Positions 1-9,256 of a stretch of DNA of 64,000 bases are shown piece after piece. The stretch comes from Dehalococcoidia bacterium (GTDB lineage Bacteria; Chloroflexota; Dehalococcoidia; GIF9; AB-539-J10): NCBI GenBank assembly GCA_030610855.1, contig JAUWQY010000003.1:9743-73742 (forward strand), read 5' to 3'. The notes under the pieces were generated by a model that was not told where the DNA came from, searched no databases, and saw only the letters and a program-made list of their open reading frames with translations. Position numbers and translations under genes: made by a program. Each line of letters begins with the position of its first letter. Position 1 is the first letter of the stretch.

Positions 1-1251
1 AGTGGCTGCTTCATAATCAGATTGGAACTGATATTGTATTGAGTATGTGGGAAGGATGGCTTTGATATTTAATCTGCTTGAGAGAGCTTGGGAGCTCTCG
101 TTGGCTTCCTCCTTAAATTTGGCGAGCCACGTATTTATCGATGCCCACTCAACATCGTGAATAATCCTAGAGGGATTTGACTTCATTCCAATGTGTGAGA
201 GGAGATCATCAAGCTGATGCTGTACGAGTTCGTACCGTTCCGGCGGTACGTCGTAAGACATGGAGAAATCAAACCAAGAACCATGGTCACAGATCTGCTT
301 GATGGTTAGCCCTGTTACTTCATGAATTAAAGAGCCAATAGTGCCAGTTTCGAATAGGCCGTTTCTCGCTTCAACCGTGGCCAATTTTTTTATTAATTGC
401 GCTTTGTGGCGTAGCTGGAGATGGTTTATTAATATGACCGCCGCTGCGGCCAGGTCGCCCCAACCACCTAGGTCAGCCCACCAAATTGGAACGCTGGCAC
501 GATAGTAGTCTAGAACAGTTTTGCCACGTGGTGTAACTACAAAAGTCCGGGTTTCCTTATTTTCTTTGATAAGGCCTATTTGCTTGCACCAATCCATGAA
601 AGGCATAGTATCCCTGGCGACATTCCTCTTGTGGCTAGGTGTCAGTTTTTCGAAGTATGTCTTTGCCCATTTCGCCGAAGCGACTTTCTTCACCGTTTGA
701 GGGAACTTTGTTTGAGGTTCAGTCAAGTCGGCCGATAAATCGGAGAGAATGGCAGCAATTTGAAACAGGTTCAATTCTTTGGATTGGTCAAGACTGGCTA
801 GAATAGCCAGACATAACCGAGTTCTAAGATTCGCGTACGTTCCGCCTGCTTCCTGCAGGTAAGAAGTGTTAGCAATCTTGAAACGGCAGATTCTGTCAAC
901 AAGAATCGCTTCTTCTAGTATATCGTTAGGGCACTCCTGGCTGATTTTGTATTTTGAAAGTGCTCTGCCCCATTCGGTTGGAAAATGAGCAAACTTGGAG
1001 CCGGTTCTTTTCCGATAGACTAGACCTAAGTAACGAGCGGTTTCGAGATGGTCTCTTGCACGACGCCCAATTTGGTCTCTCACCTTAGCGATACTTGCTT
1101 TGCTCAGATGTGTTTCGATCAAGTGGTCTGCTATTGCCATGTCATCGACTGCAATGCCTTTATCAACCAGGTATGCTACACGATTAACCACAGTCCTGAT
1201 TCTGTGCAGAGTGTGTACCCTTGTGACGCTGGGGGCAGATTTCTCTTCCAT
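1..1251 (-). CDS. Partial ORF (runs off the left edge), probable restriction endonuclease partner of the adjacent methyltransferase
   Basis: Manually translated: ATG at 1251 abuts the MTase stop; frame open to position 1 (MEEKSAPSVTRVHTLHRIR...). Winged-helix-like segments ARDHLETARYLGLV..PTEWG and MDWCKQIGLI..VTPRG. Not in the ORF track. Confidence 0.55.
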   Translation of the reverse strand, partial: MEEKSAPSVTRVHTLHRIRTVVNRVAYLVDKGIAVDDMAIADHLIETHLSKASIAKVRDQIGRRARDHLETARYLGLVYRKRTGSKFAHFPTEWGRALSKYKISQECPNDILEEAILVDRICRFKIANTSYLQEAGGTYANLRTRLCLAILASLDQSKELNLFQIAAILSDLSADLTEPQTKFPQTVKKVASAKWAKTYFEKLTPSHKRNVARDTMPFMDWCKQIGLIKENKETRTFVVTPRGKTVLDYYRASVPIWWADLGGWGDLAAAAVILINHLQLRHKAQLIKKLATVEARNGLFETGTIGSLIHEVTGLTIKQICDHGSWFDFSMSYDVPPERYELVQHQLDDLLSHIGMKSNPSRIIHDVEWASINTWLAKFKEEANESSQALSSRLNIKAILPTYSIQYQFQSDYEAAT

Positions 1252-2541
1252 TTATTTGCTCACAATGACAATACTTTCTTCACTCATCGTATCTCCGGTA
1301 GGACCTGTCCATGCGATCATTTTCTTGGGAATATTTCTATAGTGCGTAGTCTCGTGTCTCATACCTGCCGCCTCAGCTAATTCTGTTGTGACTTTGCCCA
1401 TGTCTATTAGTATCCTACTCATAGAACGATGACCAATCACTATACAAGCCTTGCTGTTAGGTCGCAATACTCTTTGCATCTCCTTCAAAGTGACGAAATA
1501 ATCAGCCATGAAAGGGAGGGCCTCTGCCAGCCTTCTTTCAGAGACTTTATTCGCAGCTTCCCAAAAGGTGTTTGACGGGATTTTAGTGCTAGTAATGTTC
1601 TTTACGCTCATACCACCCAGAGACTTGATTTCGAGGGCTTTCACTTCATCTTGTGTGAAGCCTAGCCACAGCAGGAAGAGTTTACTCCAACGAATGTAAG
1701 GGATCGTGTTTCGCTCCTCCCCGTATGGAGGAGATGTGACAATCAGGTCGATTTCGCTGTCGCCAATTGGAAGCGACCGGGCGTCACCGTTCTTTACTTC
1801 AACCTTAGCTCGCTTCTTTTTTGTGTACGCTGTCAGTCTTTTTTCAATATCACCTATGTTACCCCAAAATATTGTGAAGGCATCAGGATTGTGGTCTTGT
1901 AGTTTGTATTCAGTCATTACTCTAATATACCTACTGGATTTCCAGTCAACATTCGATGATTTCATGACGGCGTGCGCGAAAGCTATCTTGAAAATACCCT
2001 TCAACTCTTCATCGGTAACAGTCTCGACTGCTTTTCGAAGGTGAGATAGTTGAGCGATGACGCCCGGTTTGAACCAGTGATTTAAGTTAGTGAACGCCGG
2101 AACGTACTCTTCCAATGCATTCCCATCGAAGGTCTGAAGAGAGCTTCGTAAATCTGCTTTGATGGCGTCAAAGGACGTTACATCAATAACGGCAGTCTTC
2201 GCCTTAGCCAGAAGTACCGCAAATGGATTTATATCTACGCCTATGCTGGGAATTCCTTGAAGAGATGACTCGACTAGGACGGTTCCGCTGCCGCAAAAGA
2301 CATCACATATCTTGCCGGATTCGCTATCGGTCCAGTACATTGCTATGAGCCTGTGGACTATTTGCGGTATTAATCTAGCTGGATATGGGAACAGCCCATG
2401 CGTCAAGTACTGAGTATCGGCGGTCGCAAATTCCCAGCCTACTTCGGAGTCTGGTCTTAGCAGAGCAAAACCCGGGAGCATTTGGTTGGTGCGCTCGTAT
2501 TGCAAATTCTTACCTCCACCAACGACTTGGGGCGCAGACAA
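1252..2541 (-). CDS. DNA methyltransferase, alpha-class, probably N4-cytosine
   Basis: THGLFPYPARLIP, motif I DVFCGSGT followed later by motif IV TSPPY. Confidence 0.9.
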   Translation of the reverse strand: MSAPQVVGGGKNLQYERTNQMLPGFALLRPDSEVGWEFATADTQYLTHGLFPYPARLIPQIVHRLIAMYWTDSESGKICDVFCGSGTVLVESSLQGIPSIGVDINPFAVLLAKAKTAVIDVTSFDAIKADLRSSLQTFDGNALEEYVPAFTNLNHWFKPGVIAQLSHLRKAVETVTDEELKGIFKIAFAHAVMKSSNVDWKSSRYIRVMTEYKLQDHNPDAFTIFWGNIGDIEKRLTAYTKKKRAKVEVKNGDARSLPIGDSEIDLIVTSPPYGEERNTIPYIRWSKLFLLWLGFTQDEVKALEIKSLGGMSVKNITSTKIPSNTFWEAANKVSERRLAEALPFMADYFVTLKEMQRVLRPNSKACIVIGHRSMSRILIDMGKVTTELAEAAGMRHETTHYRNIPKKMIAWTGPTGDTMSEESIVIVSK

Positions 2542-2911
2542 CGCCTATTGTGCGACGGGCACGCTAGTCCTATGGTAACTTGCCATAATCAAAAAGGAGT
2601 CTCTATGGTTATAGTTATGGTAATTATACATCCGATGTAAGTCATCAACAACAAATAGTCCCATTGAAGCGCGTGCTCATACAACAACATAATGGTCCGT
2701 ATGATGTGCTGAATTACCACTGCACAAAACTGACTTTTGTGTAATTCACCGAATTGCCCGATAATTCAGTTTGTTGCCCCAGGGTTCGTGGATTTGTGAA
2801 TAAACCAGTGAATTGGTCAATCGCAAAACTCGTGTGCTAATATCATTCTACCTGGGTCATGAAACCAGCAACAGGAGAGAAAGATGGCATGGATTGGAGG
2901 ATATTAGATTG

Positions 2912-3712
2912 ATGGAGGAGTATTTGAAAGCTAACCGGGAGTTATGGGACGAATTGACGCCGATTCACGCCCGCTCAGAATTCTATGATGTAGAGGGATT
3001 CATGAGCGGCAGATGTGCACTGTCATCAATTGAGCTTGAAGAAGTTGGTGACGTGTCTGGCAAATCATTACTTCATCTGCAGTGCCACTTTGGGATGGGC
3101 ACTCTTTCCTGGGCCAGACTGGGCGCAAAAGCTGTCGGGGTCGACTTCTCAGACAAAGCCATTGCCCTGGCCCGCTCATTGAGTCGGGAAACGGGAATAA
3201 GAGCCGAGTTCGTCTGCTCTGATGTATATGAACTACGTGATGTCCTGGATGAGAAATTCGATATTGTTTTCACTTCCGCCGGTGTCCTGTGCTGGCTTCC
3301 CGATCTGAAATGTTGGGCGGAGATAGTAAGTCATTTCCTTAGACCGGGTGGCTTCTTCTATATCTTTGATAGCCATCCCTTCGGTTTTATCTTCAATGAT
3401 TCAGCTGGTGTCACCGAATTGGAGATTACACAGTCATACTTCTCGGGGCCGGAACCTAAGCACTGGGAGCCGGAAGGTGATTATGCCGACCCCAATGCTG
3501 AGGTTACTCACGGATCTTACGAATGGACTCACAGTCTGGGCAGCATTGTCAACGCACTGACTGAAGCCGGGCTCAGGATTGATTTTCTCCATGAGTTCCC
3601 GGTGCTGTTCTTCTGCGGCTATCCTTTTATGGAACAGGATAAAGATGGGTGGTGGCGGTTGAGAGGCGACAAGGTGCCCCTTACCTTTTCCGTCAAAGCT
3701 TCCAGATTGTAA
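2912..3712 (+). CDS. Class I SAM-dependent methyltransferase
   Basis: LLHLQCHFG..LGAKAVGVDFS, FDIVFTS, LRPGG; start moved to ATG 2912. Confidence 0.85.
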   Translation: MEEYLKANRELWDELTPIHARSEFYDVEGFMSGRCALSSIELEEVGDVSGKSLLHLQCHFGMGTLSWARLGAKAVGVDFSDKAIALARSLSRETGIRAEFVCSDVYELRDVLDEKFDIVFTSAGVLCWLPDLKCWAEIVSHFLRPGGFFYIFDSHPFGFIFNDSAGVTELEITQSYFSGPEPKHWEPEGDYADPNAEVTHGSYEWTHSLGSIVNALTEAGLRIDFLHEFPVLFFCGYPFMEQDKDGWWRLRGDKVPLTFSVKASRL

Positions 3713-3835
3713 GAGACCTACCTGCGTAGGGCATTGCCAAAAGGGGTCATCGTTAAGCCAGCCTTATTGCACCTTTTAGCGTTTTGTGACTCATTTAGTC
3801 TTCAAATATGGGGACATCACATGAAAAGTCGTCCG

Positions 3836-3863
3836 TTGACAATAGCCTCAATAATGATATAAT
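3836..3863 (+). promoter_or_regulatory. Sigma70-type promoter
   Basis: TTGACA-N16-TATAAT with TG extended -10, upstream of the surface protein gene. Confidence 0.7.
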
Positions 3864-3950
3864 AGCAGAGGGATATTGTGGAGTTGATGGTCGGATGTTG
3901 GCGTTAGGTGACTGTTCTAATCTCTCTCAAGCTCATTTCATATTACACTT

Positions 3951-6900
3951 TTGGAAGAACCGAACTACCATAGAATGAGGAGGAAAGATATGGGAAATCG
4001 CGCGACCCACGGAATTGTTGCAGCTATTATTACTTTGAGCATACTTGTATCGATGATTGCGGTGCCATCGGGTATCGCACAAGCCGCCAGTCCCAATATA
4101 TCATACGGTGACCGTGTGGCTGTTACCTGGTACGGGGATGGAGTTGCAGTCCGAGACTGCGCATCAACATCTTGTGACCCACCGGTCTGGGAGATGCCTG
4201 CAGGTTTCGAGGGTGAGGTAAAAGGTGGCCCGCAGTACAACGGAGGTTATAAATGGTGGTATATAGAATGGGTTAATAACAAGGTAGGGTGGACAGCCGA
4301 AGCCTCGTTAGGCGGTATTGCCTACCTTCAGCCTTTGCCCGGAGGTGGTAAATATCCGAATGTAACAAACAATGGTCTAAGTTATCGCGTACGTGTTTAC
4401 GATGATATTGGCACAACCGGTCTTTGTGTTCGAACGGGGGCTGGTCTGGGGTACTACTGCGATCCTGCGAAGAAGAAGTATCCTGGTAGCAAAGGATGGA
4501 CGACAGCCGGACCAGTCGTTTCACAATCGGAGGAGTTGGTTTGGTGGTACATCGAGTGGGACAACAGCGATAAGGGCTGGAGTGCCGACTCACGTGCTTA
4601 TATAGAAGCAGGGGTGTACCTTGTGAAGGAAGGTTCAACTCCTCTTCCTTCCGCTGGAGATGTTTCCGTCACAACCTATTCAGCAACTAGTATCGGTCAG
4701 ACTCAAGCTACTCTGCGCGGCGCGATCACCGACTTCAACAACAACTCCGCAGGCTATATCAGATTTGGATATAGACCTAGTGGCGGTTCATGGTCCTATA
4801 CTTCGTGGGTGTACCGAACTACCACTACTGCTTACTCGCAAACAGTCTACGGTCTTAGCCCTAACACCAATTACGAGTTCTACGCTCAGGCATACGGAGC
4901 CGAGGACACCACGATAGATACAGGTGATACCCTCACCTTCCATACGGCCTCAACTCCTAGCGAATTACTCCCACCGACCAATCCTCGCCCTGGCGAAACT
5001 ACTAGTCCTGGGCCGGTTCTCGATAGCAGTACGGTCACCTTGCAGTGGGATGCCTCTGTCGGAGCTACTCGTTACGCGCTTGGGGTGGTTAACTGCAATA
5101 CGGGCATATTGGAGGTTGACACATGGGTCGACGGTATCTCTTATCCTGTTACCCTCCAACCAAATACACCCTACCGATGGAACGTGGCAGCCTGGAATGA
5201 TGCCGGTTATTCCTCGTTCACTGCTCTCCGGTATTTTCAGACACCGTCGGGCGGAGTCGATCTAGTTCAACTGATACAAGAGCTAACAATTGACAGTATT
5301 AGCGTAATCGTTGATGAACAGTCTTTTCGCATTCTCACTTTAGAGCATAAAATTGACGTAAGTACTAAGGAAGTTATACCAGGTTCCGGATTGACCAAAG
5401 TGTACGTGGATGCAAATGGGGAACTTGTATCTAATGTAGAAATCGCTAGAAAAATTGGGCAAATAGATCTTGCCCGCGAGGAAAGTCCAAGTCTCATGGA
5501 AACCCTGGAAACACTAGAAGCCCTGAAGCTACACAAAGCAAACCTAGAAAGCCTCGACAATCGACTAAACAATGCCTTTACAACGATTAAGGTTGTGAAA
5601 AGTGTGGACGACGCATTGAATGCAGCCCTGCAGATCATTGATATACAAATGGAGATAGTATCGGTGCAGATAGATGTTTTTGTACTAACAGGGGAAAGTT
5701 CGGAGGCGATCAGTATCTTGGGTGATGTGAAACTCGAACTAGCGTCATATCGAGAAACCATAATTGGCCTGGATAAAGCTACACTTACAGTAAAAGCAGT
5801 TCAAGCTTTTGTGCCGAAGGCCATTGCGTTTATATTCCGTCTCGTCTTCCACCCAATGGAGAATGTTAAGAACGATTTGAGTAATGAACTGAACAGTGCC
5901 ATTGATTCCTATAAGGAAGCTCGAGATGTATTGGCGATGAGCGAAGGAGAGATAGCAACTTATGCAGATGCTCATTCGTTTCGTCACGGCTACTTGTATG
6001 GGAAGCCCCATGCAGATAATGCGTTGTTCCTCGCTCGTATGATTTTTGGAAACTATGATAAGGCACTGATCGGACTCGGAGTGGATTTGCTCTTATCGGC
6101 GGTAACTGGGGGAGCGTGGGCGTTGAAGGAAATAACTGTCCCTGTACAGGAAGCAGCTAATGACTTGAAGTGGACAATGAACATTTGTTACGAGGCAGTG
6201 CTGGGACGGGGACTCGCCGCATGCAAATTGGCATACGAGCTATCCGCTAGTGCTCTGTATACTATGAGGTTAGGTGGTAACGGGGCCCAAACTAATGATC
6301 TTATAAAAAAGGCATCCGCATGTGAAACAGAGGCGCGCAATTCGGCACAAACGGTATATGACGCTGTAGTGGATTACTTCGGGCCAATCAACACAATCCT
6401 TGATTTTTGGGATTGGCTGGTTTCTGGCATCGAGGAATTCTGGAGTTATGTGATACACAGTCCTGGAGAACTGCAGATCTATAATGATGAGGGTCTAGTA
6501 ACTGGTCTAGTGAATGGGGAGGTCAGGCAGGAGATTCCAAATGCCTTGTACGATGCTGTGAGCAACGGTATTGTACTTTTCTCTCATTCTGAACCCGATT
6601 CATATCGATGCTGTGTAGTAGGAACCGCAGAAGGCAGGTATGGGTTGGGGATTGAATGGGATGATCTAGGAGAGGTGTCGGGTTTCGCAGTAGTTGACGT
6701 CGAAACATGGCCAACTGCGGTGCACAATTATACCATTGACTGGGATACACTAGCTAAAGGTGAGTCTGGGATTACGATTGAGAAGGATTACGACGGCGAT
6801 GGGGAAGTGGATGAGATCATTATCACGGGCATTCCGGAAACACCAACCTACCCTTCACCGCTACCAAATTCTGCAAATGTCCCTCCAGACAAAGTATTGA

Positions 6901-7466
6901 GCTGGACCGGGGACGACTCTGACTCTGTTACTTACAACATCTACTTGGGCAACAATGCTACTAGTTTACAGTTGGTCTCCGAGAGGCAGGTAGAAAAGGC
7001 TTATGTTCCTATGTTGGAGCCCAATACTACATATTACTGGCGTGTGGCAGCAATCAATGAACATAACATATGTAGCACAGGCTCGGTCTGGGTGTTTGCT
7101 ACAGGTGAATCAGGACTTCCTTTTCCATGTTTCATCGCCACGGCAGCCTATGGGACACCCATGGAAGAGGAGGTACAGGTTCTCCGCGAGTTTAGGGACA
7201 CGTACCTAGCGGTCAATCCAATAGGACGGGCTCTAACAGACATTTACTACAGGGTTAGCCCGCCAATGGCCAAGTTCATTATTGAGCATCCCAGCCTGAA
7301 ACCGATAGTGCGAACCGGCCTGCTGCCCGCTGTGGCTATGAGCACTGTGATTGTGAATACTACCGTGGCTGAGAAGATTGCCATATTGGGATTGTTTACA
7401 TTGGCCGCAGTGGCGGTGGCTATATTGGTAACAAGACGACGACATAGAGGCTCGCAGTGTAGCTGA
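3951..7466 (+). CDS. Large secreted surface protein: two SH3-like repeats, Fn3-like domains, helical core, C-terminal CFI-box-CTERM domain and membrane anchor
   Basis: Signal peptide; two GP..WWYIEW..GW repeats; L.PNT.Y.W Fn3 motifs; CFIATAAYG..VLREFRD..YY..SP motif then TM helix and RRR; true start probably downstream (about 3990). Confidence 0.8.
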   Translation: MEEPNYHRMRRKDMGNRATHGIVAAIITLSILVSMIAVPSGIAQAASPNISYGDRVAVTWYGDGVAVRDCASTSCDPPVWEMPAGFEGEVKGGPQYNGGYKWWYIEWVNNKVGWTAEASLGGIAYLQPLPGGGKYPNVTNNGLSYRVRVYDDIGTTGLCVRTGAGLGYYCDPAKKKYPGSKGWTTAGPVVSQSEELVWWYIEWDNSDKGWSADSRAYIEAGVYLVKEGSTPLPSAGDVSVTTYSATSIGQTQATLRGAITDFNNNSAGYIRFGYRPSGGSWSYTSWVYRTTTTAYSQTVYGLSPNTNYEFYAQAYGAEDTTIDTGDTLTFHTASTPSELLPPTNPRPGETTSPGPVLDSSTVTLQWDASVGATRYALGVVNCNTGILEVDTWVDGISYPVTLQPNTPYRWNVAAWNDAGYSSFTALRYFQTPSGGVDLVQLIQELTIDSISVIVDEQSFRILTLEHKIDVSTKEVIPGSGLTKVYVDANGELVSNVEIARKIGQIDLAREESPSLMETLETLEALKLHKANLESLDNRLNNAFTTIKVVKSVDDALNAALQIIDIQMEIVSVQIDVFVLTGESSEAISILGDVKLELASYRETIIGLDKATLTVKAVQAFVPKAIAFIFRLVFHPMENVKNDLSNELNSAIDSYKEARDVLAMSEGEIATYADAHSFRHGYLYGKPHADNALFLARMIFGNYDKALIGLGVDLLLSAVTGGAWALKEITVPVQEAANDLKWTMNICYEAVLGRGLAACKLAYELSASALYTMRLGGNGAQTNDLIKKASACETEARNSAQTVYDAVVDYFGPINTILDFWDWLVSGIEEFWSYVIHSPGELQIYNDEGLVTGLVNGEVRQEIPNALYDAVSNGIVLFSHSEPDSYRCCVVGTAEGRYGLGIEWDDLGEVSGFAVVDVETWPTAVHNYTIDWDTLAKGESGITIEKDYDGDGEVDEIIITGIPETPTYPSPLPNSANVPPDKVLSWTGDDSDSVTYNIYLGNNATSLQLVSERQVEKAYVPMLEPNTTYYWRVAAINEHNICSTGSVWVFATGESGLPFPCFIATAAYGTPMEEEVQVLREFRDTYLAVNPIGRALTDIYYRVSPPMAKFIIEHPSLKPIVRTGLLPAVAMSTVIVNTTVAEKIAILGLFTLAAVAVAILVTRRRHRGSQCS

Positions 7467-7507
7467 TTATTGATTGGTGACTAGCCACCTGTTAAAGGAG
7501 GTACAGC

Positions 7508-8995
7508 ATGAAGCCAATGCTTAAATTGAGGAAGCGTCGGTATTTGGCACCAGTTAGTATCTTTCTTATTGTCACAGCCTTAGTTGCCGGGTTTGCAGGA
7601 TGTGGAGACCGTGGTATCGTCGAGTATACACTGACTATCGCCAGTACTTCTGGAGGGTCAGTGACTTTACCTGGAGAAGGGATTTTTGTCTGTGATGAGG
7701 GAACAATAGCCAGTCTGGTGGCCGAGGCTGAGGCAGGCTACCACTTCGTCAATTGGACTGGGGATGTGGACACCATCGCCAATGTCAACTCCGCGGCAAC
7801 CACAATCATCATAAATGACAACTGTTCTATCACGGCTAATTTCGCGGGCTCAGCATCGGTTCAATATGACCTCACGGTTACCAGTACTTCTGGAGGATCC
7901 GTAGTCTTCCCTGGGGAAGGGACTTTCCCCTGTGACGAGGGAGAGGTGGTCCCTTTGTTTGCTGAGGCCGCGGAAGGCTTCTACTTTGTCAACTGGACTG
8001 GCGATGTGAGTGCCATTACCGATATCAATTCCGCCACAACCACGATCACCATGTATGAAGACTATTCCATCATGGCCAATTTTGCGGGGGCACCGTTGGT
8101 TCAGTATGAACTCACCATCTCCAGTACCTCCGGTGGGTCGGTTGTTGCACCTGGAGAAGGAACCTATATCCGCGACGAGGGAACAGCGGTCAGTCTATTG
8201 GCGGAGGCCGAGGAAGACTACCGCTTTGTGAGTTGGACGGGCGATGTGGCTACCGTTGGCGACGTCAATACAGCTTCAACAAGCATCACTATGAACGACC
8301 ATTACTCGATAAGTGCGAACTTTGAGGAAGATGAAGTACACTTCCCCGATCCCAACCTTGAGGCAGTGATCAGGAATGCGATCAGCAAGCCCACAGATCC
8401 CATCTATCCCTCAGACCTTGAGGGGCTCGCTTCGCTCGATGCTCAAGGTAGGGATATAGTTGACCTCAACGGACTCGAGCACTGCATCAATCTGGTATGG
8501 GTGGCCTTATCGAACAATCAAATAACCGACCTATCGCCACTTGCCAACCTTCCCCACGTGTATTTTCTTGCGCTTACGCAGAACCAGATAAGCAATATGG
8601 CACCACTGACCAACCTAATCAGCCTAACAACATTGTGGATTGGTTGGAATCTGATATCGGTCATCCCACCCCTAGACGACCTCACCAACCTGACAGATCT
8701 GCACCTTTACGGGAACCAGATCGACGATATCTTGCCCCTGGCGAGCCTCACCAAGCTAGAAGACCTCGCGCTTGACTATAACCAGATAAGCAATATCTTA
8801 CCCCTGGCGAGCCTCACCGGCCTAGAACACCTCTCGCTTGACTCTAACCAAATAAGCGATATCTCGCCGCTGGTGGATAACACCGGACTGGGAGAAGGAG
8901 ATTACCTTTTTTTGCAGTCGAATCCTTTGACTTCAGATTCCATCAACGTTTACATACCGGAACTTGAGGCGAGAGGCGTGACTGTCTATTACTAG
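7508..8995 (+). CDS. Lipoprotein with three divergent InlB-B/Flg_new-like repeats and internalin-type LRRs
   Basis: Lipobox FAGC; three LTI.STSGGSV..PGEG..GY.FV.WTGDV repeats; FPDPNLE cap and L.L..NQI.DL.PL repeats. Confidence 0.85.
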   Translation: MKPMLKLRKRRYLAPVSIFLIVTALVAGFAGCGDRGIVEYTLTIASTSGGSVTLPGEGIFVCDEGTIASLVAEAEAGYHFVNWTGDVDTIANVNSAATTIIINDNCSITANFAGSASVQYDLTVTSTSGGSVVFPGEGTFPCDEGEVVPLFAEAAEGFYFVNWTGDVSAITDINSATTTITMYEDYSIMANFAGAPLVQYELTISSTSGGSVVAPGEGTYIRDEGTAVSLLAEAEEDYRFVSWTGDVATVGDVNTASTSITMNDHYSISANFEEDEVHFPDPNLEAVIRNAISKPTDPIYPSDLEGLASLDAQGRDIVDLNGLEHCINLVWVALSNNQITDLSPLANLPHVYFLALTQNQISNMAPLTNLISLTTLWIGWNLISVIPPLDDLTNLTDLHLYGNQIDDILPLASLTKLEDLALDYNQISNILPLASLTGLEHLSLDSNQISDISPLVDNTGLGEGDYLFLQSNPLTSDSINVYIPELEARGVTVYY

Positions 8996-9256
8996 GATCG
9001 GGGCGTTACGAGCCGGGCCGGCGAGTGCGTAGCCGGACGGCACGGAGAACGTAACCTGCCTGATGGAAAATACCGCACGACGATGCTGTGCCTGAGAAGG
9101 GAGTGGGATCTCTCAGGGGGGGCGGTTATTTCCGGGATAATTCCCTGCAGCAAAATAGCGTTTTGTGACTTCTTAACCCTATGGTATGCCTTGGACACCG
9201 CACCATATTGATAATTCCTCCACCACTGATATAATCATTCTACAAGGCTCACACAG

